A stretch of DNA of 64,000 nucleotides from Protoeuglena noctilucae (lineage: Eukaryota), in the NCBI GenBank assembly GCA_958009085.1, contig OY253671.1, positions 186,001-250,000 of the forward strand, given 5' to 3'. Positions 27,386 through 39,566 of the stretch are shown here, in pieces. How positions within the stretch are numbered: position 1 is the stretch's first letter; every line of letters begins with the position of its first letter. The translations under genes were made by a program, and so were the position numbers. The notes under the pieces were generated by a model. It was not told the origin of the DNA. It made no database searches and saw only the letters and a list, made by a program, of their open reading frames with translations.

Positions 27386-30353
27386 TTACATGAAAGGGCC
27401 ACCGGGAGACAGCCCCCCCGCGCTCTGAAGCAGCTCCGGCGCCACCGGGACGAGCGTCAGGATGGCGAACTGCGGATAGAACCGAGCTATCTGCTTCGTC
27501 AAACTGCGTTGCGCGGCAAGGGCGGTCGCCCCGCAGCGCGCAGGGCAAGAGGGCTGGGGCGTGCGTAGAGCGCTTGCTCCAAAGGTGGACAGCGCCGCAA
27601 CGTGGCCCGAGCGCGGCCCTCACCGCGATGGCCACGGCCGTGACGGCACGCTTCCCTTCTGCCGCCAGCGTGACTTGGTCCTGGACGAGACGCTCGGGGT
27701 TGCGCTGCAGGATGAGCACGGCGAGGCCGTAGGGGAGAGCTGCGGGCACAGTGGAGCAGTCCGGGGTGGGCCAGGTGCACCCTGCGGCGTGGCACGGCAG
27801 GGCGGGGAACGGTGCGCAAGTGAGCGAGCAGCCTCGCACCGAGGCTGGACCCCAGGACGCCCAGGGCGAGGCCCACGTAGGTGAAGAAGGACGTGAGGTT
27901 GAGGCCATTGCGCCCGAACGTGGCCTGGGCCATGCGGCCGCCGTCCGTCTGCCCGACCGGCAGGAGGTTGAGGCAGGTGGTGACGAGGCCGCACCACCCA
28001 GCGATCGCGGCGGGGTGCAGGCCGACGGTGGTGCCCGTGAAGGCGGCGTCGCCAAGGAACGCGCGGCACATGCCGCCCAGGAGCAGAGAGCCCTGGAAGA
28101 GGGGCGTGGGCACGGGCACGAGCGCGGCGGCCGCCTCCGCGCCCGCGCTCGCGTCTGCGGCCGAGGCCGCGAGGCCGAAGAGGAAGAGCGACAGGGACAC
28201 GAGGCCGCCGGCCAGCGGTCCCGCGAAGGCCACGTCCCACAGGTCGTCGTAATTGCGGGTGACCGACTTGATCGGCGTGATGGCGCCGAAGGAGCCCAGC
28301 TGGCCGTTGGGGAGGAAGTAGGAGGCCCCGAGGCGCACGCCGCGCACGGCCGCGGCGACGCGGTGGCCCAGCTCGTGCGCCATGTTCGACCCGAACGTGA
28401 AAGCAGCAATGGGCACGGCGGAGAGGACGAAGTTGACGATGTCCTCCTCGGTCATGCCCGGGATGGGCGCGTCGGGGTTAAAGTTGTCCGGGTTGGCCAG
28501 GGCCTGGAGAGCCTCGGGCGGCAGCCGCGTCACGTTGGCCACCACCCCGAGCTGGAAGTGCGAGGCGGCCGTCAGGAGGAGCAGCTGCGGGCGTGGCCGG
28601 GCAAGGGAGCGGTGAGGGCCGCCGACGCGCGACGCGGGCGCTTGCGCACCGCAAGCGATGGCTCGCGGGCGCCTCACCACCGCTGCAAAGAAGATCTGCC
28701 ACCCCGCGGTCGGGGGCGGCTCGGCCATCTCCCGCTGCAGGATGATGAAGGCGGGGCGGTCCTCCGTGTTGGCGTCCGCTCGAGTGGCGTCCGATGGCAT
28801 CGGGTCCGGGACCATGAAAGCCACGAGGCGGTTCTGGAACACGTCCTCCATGGCTCGGTTGAGCCTCGCAAACGCCTCCTGCTTGCCCTCCCGCAGGTTG
28901 CCGCGGATGATCCAGGCCCCCGTGCCGTACAGCTCCAGGAGCTCGGGTGCTTCTGCGAGCGGGACGGTGGCAAAAGCCACAGGTCGAACCAGGGTGCAAT
29001 TGTTTGTGATACGATGCACCTGCAGTGCGTATGCTACACAAGCCCTCGACGGGTGCGCTTTGCCGACGATGGTGCGGCGATGCCCAAAGCTCCAGCCAGG
29101 ATTCTCACCCGCCTCCTCGACGGGCAGCATGTCTGTGACCCAGAAAGAGAGGGGCCCAAAGGCGGCGTCCTTGAGCTTCTTCATGTCCTCTCGCGAGATG
29201 CGCCCGACGCTCCCCAGGATGCTGATGAGCCCCTCGAAGTCCCGGCGGAGCTCGTTCTCCGTCTGGCGCGCCTGGAGCCACAGGGAGGGCAGCAGAGATG
29301 GCGGATCGGGGGAGGTGCTTGCTCTGCGGCAGGGCAGGGCGAAACCACCGGGGCGGGGCGGCAAGCGGGGAGGCGCGAAGTGCGCCGCACACCTGCAGGT
29401 CGTCCCCCGCGGTGTCGGCCAGCTGCCGCGCGCGCCGGATGATGCTCTCCATCTGCCCCTCCAACTCCTTGACCTTGTCCTCCGCTCCCGCCGGGCCTGC
29501 CGCGGCCGCCCGCTGCGCCTCCGCCTCCGCAATGGCCTTCAGTACCCGCGGATCCACGTCCACCCCGACGCCCTTGTCCTGCGAAGCCTTGGCCTGATCC
29601 TTCGCCTGCACGCACGGGGGCATCCGTCCCGTCACCCTCCGCGCCTGATCGCGCGAGCGGTCTCCCGGCTGAGATGAGTGGCAAACGACGTTTCGCAGCT
29701 TTTGCGCTCGCCTCCTGCTCCTTCTTCTTAGCCATCTCCTCGTCCTCGCTGCCGAGGAGGGCGCTCAGGTCCGCGAGCGTTTTGCGGACCCTGGGCTCGC
29801 TGCTCGCCGTGCGAACGCCTGCGAGGGAAGGAGACGCGTGTCGGAATAAGGGAGACGGGGTACGCGGCGCGTGCGCGTTCGGGGTGTCCCCGAACGTGCG
29901 AGGAAGCTCATGGCCTGGAAACCTCTGCCGCCATTGCGGGCCGTCCTCGGATCCCAAGGGGTGGGCATCGACGCGCGTAGGTGACGTAACGGAAAGGAGC
30001 ACCCGCGCAGGCGAGAGCGAGCGCGCGCGGCGATGCATCAGTGGATCGGCTACCCACACGCGCGCGGCTGGCCGAGGGAGATCTCGGCGCCGCACTCGGC
30101 GCGGCCCAACAGCCTGGGCATTTGGATCGCAAACGCAGCCGCGACATGCTCGCATAGAGATCAAGGGCTCCCGCTTGCCTCCTGCATCCTGGCCGGAGGA
30201 AGATGGCTCCTCGCCCTGGGCACGCGTGCGCGTCAGAGCGCTCCTGGTCCGCTCCAGGCCAACGAGCCGGCCGCCCCCTGGCTGCGGGCTTGGGCCCGGG
30301 GGCCGGCCAGGGCCGGCTGCCCGTGCGCAGCTCGGTTGAACAGCAGACCGCAT
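27386..30353 (-). CDS. Chloroplast M50 (site-2) zinc metalloprotease, EGY-type
   Basis: HELGH zinc motif, WIIRGNLR, PNGQLGSFGAIT, DVAFAGPLAG, LHPAAIAGWCG, NLLPVGQTDGG; transit-peptide-like N-terminus; last exon FAILTLVP...GPFM*. Confidence 0.9.
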
Positions 30354-30487
30354 CCAAGGCGCGACGTGGACAATAGACAGGGTGCAGAGACAATGCAGCA
30401 GCCAGTTGCCGCGTCGCTACCTTAGTCAAAGCCGAAACCGTAGCCAGGCGAGCGTAAGAAATGGTGCCGCGAATGTTTGTGAGTGTT

Positions 30488-31165
30488 CTACGCCGCCGCC
30501 GGGCTATCCCGACCGCAACTCCCAGCCTCCGTCTGCTTTTGCAGATGTGCTAGAAGGGCCCGGCAGCGCCGGTAGTTGGCCTCCATGTCGTGGCCGCCCA
30601 CGCGATTGCCGGATTGCACCTGAGGGTGAAGGAGAGCGAGGGGTCGTGTCTCCATTGATCATCTGCGCTCTCGTAGGGCCCCTGCTAAACCCCCAGTCAT
30701 TGCAGGAGTACCCACCTCCACCAGCGTCCCCTGGTTCAATTCCGTGGTCCGCACGAACAGGTCGTCCGCGAACCCGACGGTCTGTGGATGACAAAGTGCA
30801 GTCCTCAGTTTAAGTGAGCAGATAAGACCCGATCTTTGGGACAGGAGAGCTTCATGCCGCCCCGGGCCCGCAAGGTGGCTCACCGGCGTGACGCAGCGGG
30901 CGTGCAGATACGCCGAGTCCTTCTCAACCCGCTTTTCCAGCACAGCATTGTGGGTCTGGTTCTTGGCGGTCACCCAACTCTCCACCAACTCCACGACCTG
31001 ATCCGGCGAGGCCTTGACGGTAACAGGGCGGGACCCCCACGCCCTCCAAGACCCACGCACGGCCATGCGGCACGACCGCCACGGCGCCTTGGCCTCGAAG
31101 ACGTCATGCGGCCAGTGCTGGGCGTCGTCAGGGGAAAGCCACTCGTAGACGGGGAAGCACGTCAT
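30488..31165 (-). CDS. DUF1499-family protein, 3 exons
   Basis: YLHARCVTP|TVGFADDLFV...VE|VQSGNRVGGHDMEANYRR matches the DUF1499 pattern GFxDD / S.SRVG..D...N..R. Confidence 0.75.
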
Positions 31166-31562
31166 GGCTGCTCCCAGTCAGCGCGCTCGTACCGTGTGAC
31201 GGAAGCAGAGGCTGCGGAGAAGGTCCGGCGCGACCCATTACGCCATCCGCGTCCCAAAAGCTGCGGACCAGGTCTTCCCCAGGGGGCGCGGCCCGGCGCG
31301 CGCGACTTGGAGGCAGCGCTCGCAGCCGCGACACCGCATTGTACATGTGAAAATGATGCCTCACAAGTGGTGAACGTGTGATGAATGGGCCGTGACAATG
31401 ACACAGCGTTTACTTACTGAAGAGTGTGCAGCATAGAGTGAAGACGCTGGCTTCAGAACACTTGCTAGTGGCTTTGAAGAAGGAACTGGCGGCCAGCACG
31501 CGGGGGAGGAAGTCGGAGTGCAGGAAGGTCAAACGCCAGGTGGCGCTGCCGGAACACGCACA

Positions 31563-32796
31563 TCAGGCCATGGCCCGCACGAGGACGCGCGGGCGGCTGA
31601 ACATGCGCACGGCCTCGTCGATCTCCTTCAGCCGCTCCTCCAGCGACTGCTTTTGCTTGATCAGGGTGGGCGTCTCCACGACGAAGGGCATCTTGCGCAG
31701 CTGCGACTCGACCTGCTCCCTGTCCTGCGCCAAGAGGTCTGCGCGAAGCGGCGAGCTGCCACGGTCGGCCGTAGCGAGGAACCCAGGGCCCGGGACCCGC
31801 GCCTGCACCTGTACCGTCCGGCACCACCCCTTTGCCCTCACCCAGCGTCTCGAGCCGCTCCTGCTCCCCCAGCACCCGCATCCCCGGCGGGATCGCCTGC
31901 ATCTCCTTCTCAGCCGCCTTCATCGCCTTCTCGGCCGCGAGCTCGATCTTCCGTTCCTGGGCGCGATGGCACGGCGGGCCGCGTCGGTGGCGGAGGCCGT
32001 GCCTGTGCCTGTTCACATGCCAAGGGCGAGGCTGGCAGAAGTAACCCACCTGGAGGTACATGGGGACCTTCCCGTACGTGTCCTTGTTCAGGAACGCCTT
32101 CTCGTCGGCCTTGGTGGGCTCCGGCGCCTTCTTGGCCAAGGCGGCGTCCCGCGCGTTCTCGTTGAGGAAGTCCCGCTCCCCTGGCCTCAGCGCACGGCCT
32201 GCGTTGGCGTGCGGGGGCTCGGGCTAGAGCGCAACCGCAGCCTTGGGACGTTGAAGCAGACCGCGGACCTGCCATGTGCTGGGCAGGTCCCCAGACGGCT
32301 CGTCCCAAAGCCTCACCGGAGGGAGCTTTCCCAACCACTGGCGCCGGCCGTGCCTTGAACTGCCGCTGCCCGACGACCTGCTCCGTCTCCGCCTCCATCT
32401 CCTTCCGCACCCTGCCGGAGGGGCGACACCTGGAGGAGTTAGGCCCCCAGCGGAGGCCGCTAAGCCTGCTGCTGCGCTGACTCTGAGGCGTTCAGGACTT
32501 GGGGGCATCTGCTTCGATGCGCCCGCGGCCACGACGGAATTGGCTCCCTAACCACCGCGCCCCCACCTGTTCATCTGGCTGAGCTCCCGGATCGCCGTGC
32601 GGTTGTTCCTGGAATGGTCCGTCGGCTGCTTCCCAGACCGGGCCTGCTCGTCGCGGATGCCGCGGGAGGGGTTGAAGAACGCCTGCATTTGGCTGCTGTC
32701 CTGGTGCATGCGGAGGGGCCGACGGTGCCGGCCCAGGCCGTCCGCGGCGGCCGGTCCCGACGTGCCCGGCACGTCGTGGATGCGATCGCCCACCAT
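31563..32796 (-). CDS. Enkurin-domain (ENKD1-like) ciliary protein
   Basis: DFLNENA, YGKVPMYLQ, PPGMRVLGEQERLETL, LEERLKEIDEAVRMFSRPRVLV (enkurin C-terminal domain). Start approximate. Confidence 0.85.
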
Positions 32797-33270
32797 AGCG
32801 GCGGGCCCCGCTCCCCCCACGGCGTCCGGGGCCCCGGCGAGTGCGCGAGATTTCAAACTCGGGCTTGGCACGCCGGAGGGCAGTTGGCGCGGGGGACCGT
32901 GCTCAGCGGCGTAGTGGGATGAAGAGGAGTGCGGCGACGCGCCGGGCAGAAGGCTGCCGCGCCCGCGGCCTGCTGACTAGGGTTCCAGCTGACTGCTGGG
33001 CCGGCAGACCGCAACCGCGGAAGACCGGGCGCGCGTGCCCGGCAGCCCAGCATCTCCGGGAGAATTCTCATCGGCAAGAAACCGGGCGCTGAAGTCGCGC
33101 GGGCTCCGCCTTGCCCGGCCCAATCCACCCGATGCTCGGCAACGCGATTAGCGCGGTCCTCCTAGCGCTCGGCACGGCGGCGTGGGCGATATTTGTCGTT
33201 CAGCCGGTCCTCGCTTACGCGCGCGTGCACTAGGGAGCTCGCGTTGGGGGGAATCGGAATTGGGTGCCTC

Positions 33271-33300
33271 CCGGGCCCGATTCCGGGCCCGATTCCGGGC
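33271..33300. repeat. Tandem 12-mer (CCGGGCCCGATT) x2.5 just upstream of ATG 33330
   Basis: Directly visible in the sequence. Confidence 0.8.
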
Positions 33301-33329
33301 AAGGAGCGCGGCAAGGTCAGCTTTAAATC

Positions 33330-35960
33330 ATGAGGGGACCTAGAGTGCGCGGACTGGAGCAAAAGTTCTCCGGAGAGGGCGCCGGTGGGCCCGTCAAGCG
33401 CGCCGGGAGCCCGAGCAGCCAGGAGAGCATGCCGACGTCCGATATCTCCCAGCGCTTCAACCATGCCGAGGGTGACGTCGGCGTGTCGCCCGCCGGCACG
33501 TTCGCGCATCGCGACGACCTGGTGAGGGATGGGTCGCCCCGCCCACGCGACGCCGCGCCGCGCCCTGGGCATCGACGCCCCCCGTCGGCGACGGGACCTC
33601 TCGTGCTCCGTCCGGGATGCTGCCCCGCCGTCCGCGGCCCCGCGCGCCGTCAGGAGGGGCAACCGCCCCGCCCGCAGTTCACGACAGACCCGCTGCGGGG
33701 GGGAAGGGACGCGGGCCCCGAGGAGTACGACGTGGCCCAGACGAGCGTGACGGAGGATCTTTGGCCAGGGCGCCTCGCCCACGAGGTCCTGCGGAAACTG
33801 CGCTTGGCCCCGCAGGTGCCCCGCGGACCCCGCACCGCGGGCCCGGCCCCCGCGCCTGCGCCGCCCCGAGCGCGGGACCCGCGACGTTTCCCATCCCTGC
33901 CCCCGTCGAGAGCCCCGAAGCTGCCCGCGCACTCCCCCGCAGGCGGATCTACGCGAGGACCGCGACACCATCTTCTCGGAAGTCTTCACCGACATCACGG
34001 GCGAGTTGGACCCGAACGCGCAGGCGCGGCTGGGTGCCGCGGCCGGGACGTGCTTCTACGAGGTCCTGGCTCAGCGCTTTGAAAGGTGCGTGCGGGCGGC
34101 GGGGCGTGCCACGACGGGGCGGCCTTGCCGGGCGCTGGATGGCCGAGGCCCTCCCTCCCGGCCGCGCAGGGACGACGAAGCTGCGGAGGAACTGCTGCTG
34201 CTTTGCAAGAGTCTGTGGGCGCATGCGTTCGTGGGCCCCATCTACGCCCTCCTGCTCCACCGGTGGCTCTTCTCCCGGCCCACTGCCGGCGGCGCTTCGG
34301 AGCGCGTCAAGCACCTCCACGTGCTCGTGTGCGGGGCGCGGGACCTCTTCGTTGGGGTTAGGCCGAGAGCAGCTTTGTTTGATCCTGGTGGATGCACACT
34401 GGCGCGTTCTGGGGTGTGATGGCCACCCTCGTTGTCCCCCTCAGGATGCCCACGGGGGGTGCGAGAAGTTCCGCCCGCTCTTCCATTTCTTCTTCTACCG
34501 CGTCGCCTTCGACTCGTCGGTACTGCAGGTGACTTGAGGCGGTGGCTGGAGGGGCTGTGGTGGAGAGCGGTGGGTGCGCGCCTAACTTAGGAGCGTCCCC
34601 TACGCGCCCCTCCCTCCGCAGGGTCTCCCGACCGAGTCGCAGCCCCAAGTGCTCTCCGTCATCGCCGGCTTCGTCCCCTACTACATGCCGACGTCCACTC
34701 TCCGCACCTCCCAATCCAACTTTCCCGTCCCCCACGCCGCCGCCGCCGCCGCGCCCGCGGCCACCGACGCCCCCGAGCGCCACCGCGGCTCCGCCTTCCT
34801 CCTCGCCGAGGTCGCCCGCGTGCTGCGGGAGATGCGGTCCGAGGAGGCCCTCCTGAAGTACCTCAGGGCGCTCCAGGGGCTGGCGGGCAGCGGGGCGCTC
34901 GACGAGGTCCCGACCATGGTCCGCGTGCGACTGCAGATCGAGCTCTACTCGCTGACCACGCCCGGCGCCCCCCGATGGGCGCCCCAGAGCGTTCGGTGCG
35001 TGCCGCGCCCCCGCTGCCCCGGCTCGGGCCCCCGCCCGCCTCGCCTGCCCTGACCCCGCCTCCTCCCGCCCCTCTCTCAGGCGCGAGGCGCTCCGCACGC
35101 TCGACTGCCTCTTCCCCATGGGCCGCACGGCCCGGCGCCTCGTGTGCTTCGCCTTCCGCGTCCTGCATCCCGGGGAGGTCGCGCAGGGCTGGGCGCGGTG
35201 GGTCCAGGGCTGGGTCTCGGCGCCCCTGCGCGTCGGCCAGACGACGGCCACGTGGGCCGTGTCGCTGGTGAGTGGATTGGCCAGTGGAGCTGCCTGTGGG
35301 GTTGCCAGCGAGCGGGAGCCTCGCGCCGCTGGGCAACGCCGCGTCGTTGGAGCCACCTCTGCCTTCGTTCGGCGACCGCAGACGGGGTGGTGGGTGAGCA
35401 TGTGGATCCGGGCCGCGTCGTACGCCGTCGAGCACGCCTCGGGCACGCCGCTCCCCGAGCACATCCAGGGACTCCCGCTGGCGGCCATGGTGCTGCAGCT
35501 GATGCGCATGCGCGAGGACGCGGCGCGCGAGGGCGGCCTGGGCGCCCCGGGGGCCGCCCCATCGCCGCGCTCCCCGTCGCCCTCGACGTCGCCCCTGCCA
35601 GCTGCGGCGCTCGAGCGGCTGTCGAGCGTCAGCGGCCTCGGCGTTGTCTCCCTCCTCGCCGCCAGCCGCGCCTCCGCCTCCGGGACTCCCTACGCGTCCC
35701 TCTCCACGTCCCCGGGAGCGACGTCCTCTTGGACCCCCGCTGACGCCCGTCCACGGCCCCGCACGCCGCTCAGCTCGCGCCGGGTGTCCGAGAGCTCCCA
35801 GGGCATCCCGGGCGGCTTGGGGGGGCTGCCGCCGCGCAACTCGAGCGGGACAGAAACCATGAGGCGAGGCGGGGGGTGTAGGGAGAGTGGCTGCGGAGGG
35901 ATGAGAGAAGCGACCGGCTCTGGGTCTCACTCGTGGCCTCCTCCCGCGCCCGCAGGGTGA
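33330..35960 (+). CDS. Conserved Viridiplantae protein of unknown function, multi-exon
   Basis: Codon-biased exons CFYEVLA, LWAHAFVGPIYALLLHRWLF, LQIELYSLTTPGAPRWAP, LDCLFPMGR..RR...FAFRVLHP, joined by GT-AG introns; Ser/Pro-rich tail. Confidence 0.75.
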
Positions 35961-36403
35961 ACTCTGCAGTTCAGTTTTAGTAGATTGCGGCCGTGAGGGA
36001 TTCCTTGGCAGATGCACGCGTCTGGCAATGCGCACAGGGCTAGCCCGCCCTCCGTCTAGTTCTGCCGCAGATTGCGGCTTCCGTCTTTGTTGTCAGGCGA
36101 CGGATAGCTGGCCCGTCGCCCCTGCTCGCCCGAGTATCGATCGCCGCTCCTGAGGGCGTATCTAGGGGCACGGGTTCCCTCCCCCATGCGCCAGCCTTGC
36201 CAGAGCGCTGAATGCCGTTGTTCCCCCCCCGCGCGCGGACCTTCCCATGCCCCACGGCTGCCCAAGCAGCCTTGTGCGTACGTTTGAAGACACTTGCTCT
36301 GCTCTGTTTCACACTCTTATGGTCTAACGGGAGGTCGCCAGCCAGCCTGGCCCGCAGCTAGGCGGCTCGCAGTGGAGCACGGTCAGCCGTGCCACGCTCG
36401 GGC

Positions 36404-36496
36404 TCAGAAGATGCCGGCGGGGATGGAGTAGCCGTTCGTGGCGAAGTTCACGTCGCCGGGCGCAGCGAGGTGCGCGCCGAGGCAGGCGAGGGGGCC
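36404..36496 (-). CDS. Alternative (distal) terminal exon of the Lhca gene, encoding [30 protein letters not shown]
   Basis: GCAG acceptor at 36500-36497, phase 0, 31 open codons. The first 11 aa are identical to the proximal last exon but with synonymous differences. Confidence 0.85.
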   Translation of the reverse strand, partial: GPLACLGAHLAAPGDVNFATNGYSIPAGIF

Positions 36497-36675
36497 CTGC
36501 GCGTGCGACGTGGGCCGCGTGGCTTTGCTGGCTTCGCTCGCTCGCATTCAACACGCGATGGGGGCCCCCCTCGGCAGTGGGGAGAGGGAGGGAGGAGGCG
36601 CTAGTCCGTGCAAGCCCTGCACGACGGGAGGCAACCCAGCCCGAACATCAAAGAGGCCGGCCAAACATCCCCGAT

Positions 36676-38074
36676 CTACTGGCTGAGGGAGTTGAGCACC
36701 GTGGTGTTGCCGGGGTCGGCGAGGTGCGCACCCAGGCAGGCCAGGGGGCCCTGCGGCGCAACAAGGCAAGAGGTCACCTTCGCGGGGAACGACGCGTCGC
36801 CTCGCGACGGCGGTGGAGTACCCTGCCCCGGCCCGATAGCTCACCTTCCCCGTGGCGTGGTACTGGGCGAAGAAGCCCACCACGGCCACCATGGCCAGGC
36901 GGCCGTTCTTGATCTCCTTGACCTTGAGCACCTCGAGGTCACCGGGGATCACGGGGGCGAAGATGCCGCCGGGGTAGCCGGGCTCGTGGTCGGGGAGGCT
37001 GTTGTTGCTGAAGATGGGGTCCTGGTTGACCGAGTTGGGCTTGCGCCAGTCCTGCCACCGGCGGATCTCCACGTAGTGCATCAGCGCGAACTGGATGCCC
37101 AGGAGGGCCGGCACGGACATGGGCAGGTCCACCTTGCCACCGGCCTCGAAGAAGTTGACCGAGGGGTTGAAGATCTCCTGCGGGGAGGGCGCAAGGGACG
37201 CGCTCGATCGCCGATATCCCCGAGACGCGAGAAGAGGAGCGCGGGGAGGCCGGCGCGCGGCCTGGACGCGGCCGGGGCGCGAGATCGGGGGCTGGATCAG
37301 GCCGGGAGCGCCCCGAGGCCCGCTGCTCCGGCCCGCCGTCACCGCGAGCGCGCCATTCACGCGCCGAGGCACCGCTCGGGAGGGCCCTGGACGACAATCT
37401 CGGCTGGCAATCGCGCCCAGCAGACTCGCCTCCTACGAATCCCGCCAGAGCCCCCGGGAGGGCCCGGCGGGGGCCGCGGAGACTCCCCGAATGGCTCACC
37501 TGGCCCAGGATGCCCGCAGCGCCGGCCATGGCCCAGCGGCAGTGCTGGAGCTCGGCCTCCTTGAACCACGACAGGAGGGTGGCGTCGGAACCGAGGCCCA
37601 GGGGGTCGAAGCCGTAGTCACCTGCGCGCGAGAGGCGAGACGCGCGCGGAGATGTCGCACGGGAGGCGCGGCCAGGCCCGGGGAGCCCCGGCGCGGGGTC
37701 CCGCCCTGTTGCCGACACAAATCGGCCGGGCAGCTCTCCGCCCGCCTCCCCCGCCGCGCACGCGGGCGCAGGCTGCGAACGCCATCACAAACAACGCGGC
37801 GGAATGCGGGAGGGCCGACGATAGAGGCGCGCGGGGCCGAATCGGCCGAGATAACAGCCTCGACCCGGCCCCTGATTCGCGCCCGGGGAGCCCCGGGGCG
37901 AGGGCACGGGGGGTCGCGATGGCGCGGACACTCACCGGGGAGCGTGCCCGTGAGGTGGGCCGGCGCCGTGGAGCCCGGGAGCCACAGGGGACGGCTGGAC
38001 ATGGTCGCCTTGGCGCCGTTGGCCTTGACGGCCATACGGGCGCCCGTGGAGAAAGCAGAGCGAGACGCGATCAT
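36676..38074 (-). CDS. LHCA6: PSI antenna protein, Lhca6-type; exons 38074-37936, 37621-37500, 37177-36845, 36750-36676 (proximal last exon)
   Basis: [62 protein letters not shown]. The FAP.IPGDL loop is typical of Chlamydomonas-type Lhca6. Confidence 0.88.
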
Positions 38075-38163
38075 CTTCGAAGCTGAGCGGAGCTCCGGTG
38101 TTGCCGTTTCTGCCCTACCTCGCCGCCCCGCGCGCTGGATGAGCGCCCACTGGCAGATCCGAT

Positions 38164-38175
38164 CCTGACGTCAGG
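38164..38175. promoter_or_regulatory. Perfect palindrome CCTGACGTCAGG (C-box/CRE bZIP core) in the Lhca/PsaF bidirectional promoter
   Basis: 12-bp palindrome centred in the 191-bp gap between the two divergent ATGs. Confidence 0.5.
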
Positions 38176-38265
38176 CTTGCCCCGTCGCACTGGCGCGCCT
38201 GCAGCCCATCTGCGGGAAGCGCGGTGCCGTCGATCCAGAGATAGGCCCCCTTCCCACGCGGCAAG

Positions 38266-39566
38266 ATGGCGTGCGTGTCTGCTGCGAAGGTGGGCACCCC
38301 GGGAGCGTCCCGGCCCGCTGGCCGCGCCCGGGCCCGTTTCCCGGGCGCTGCGGGACAGATATTTGTGCCGGAAGCACGTTCGAAACACGGTCTTCGCTCC
38401 TTTCGATCCCCGGCCCGCCCGGGCGCGATTTGGATCGGCCCGAGTGCCCAGCCTGCGACCCATCCCTCCCCGCTCCCCCTCTGCCGCAGATCTCCGTGGC
38501 CACCCCGGTGGCGACGGTGCGCGCGCCCCGGGCGCAGCGCGCCGTGGCCTGCCGCGCCGAGAAGAAGGCCAACCTCGCGGGTGCCGCTGCCGCGGCTGCC
38601 CTCGCCGCTGGTGAGCGTGCGCGGGCGGTCGCGGCGTCTCATGCGATCATAAAGCGACCTGCTCGCCGCTTGCGGGGGCGCGGGGCCGGCGCAGGGGCGC
38701 AGATTTGACGTCGTTGGGTGTTCGGGCCCCCGCAGCCTTCACCTTCGGCGTGGTGGAGCCCGCTCGCGCGGACGTCGCCGGTCTGACGCCCTGCGCCGAG
38801 TCGAAGGCGTTCCAGAAGCGCCAGAAGAAGAGCGTGAAGGACCTGACGAAGAGGCAGGCCAAGGTGGGTCGATGGGGGGGCCGTGGGCTCTGCTTCCGGG
38901 CGTGCCGGTCTCCGATGGCACGTTCGTAGCGGATTCGGTGCGGTGGGACGGGCGCGGGGGGAATCCGACGCGGGAACGGGCCGCCCAGGGCCCCGGATTT
39001 CGCGAGTATCTGCGCCCCGCCCTCGCGCCGTGCTGCCGCGGCGGGCCACACGCTCGTTATGACGGGGATCCCTTTCGTCCCGGCGGGCAATTCCTCTCCG
39101 CACCACCCCTCGGCGCGCGAAGGGGCGGGATCGAACCCCCTGCTGGCCGTGTCCCCCGCAGTACGAGGCCGGCTCGGCCCCCGCCCTCGCCCTCCAGGCC
39201 ACGATCGACAAGACGAACGCGCGCTTCGAGAAGTACGCCAAGTCCGGCCTCCTGTGCGGCACGGACGGCCTCCCGCACCTGATCGCCGACCCCGGCCTGG
39301 CCCTGCGCTACGGCCACGGCGCCGAGGTCTTCGGCCCCACCTTCGGCTTCCTCTACGTCGCGGGCCTGATCGGCCACGCCGGCCGCGAGTACCTCAAGTT
39401 CGCGCGCGCCCAGGCCAAGCCCAACGACAACGAGATCATCATCAACGTCCCGGAGGCCATGAGCATCTTGGGCAAGAGCCTCGTGTGGCCCGTGGCCACC
39501 ATCGCCGAGTGGAACAACGGCACGCTCCTCGAGAAGGACGAGAACATCACCGTCTCGCCCCGCTAA
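38266..39566 (+). CDS. PSAF: Photosystem I subunit F, 4 exons
   Basis: [59 protein letters not shown]. Confidence 0.97.

Noticed and set aside
27751..29442. 563-aa plus-strand ORF, and similar long ORFs such as 60785-62041 (-) and 37095-38168 (+)
   Set aside because: Antisense shadows of real genes, caused by high GC3 and a scarcity of stop codons; no recognisable motifs.
36404..36496. Remnant of a separate Lhca1 pseudogene
   Set aside because: No other Lhca1 exons nearby, intact acceptor and frame, and an N-terminal part matching the host gene's last exon. Disfavoured, but not excluded without transcripts.
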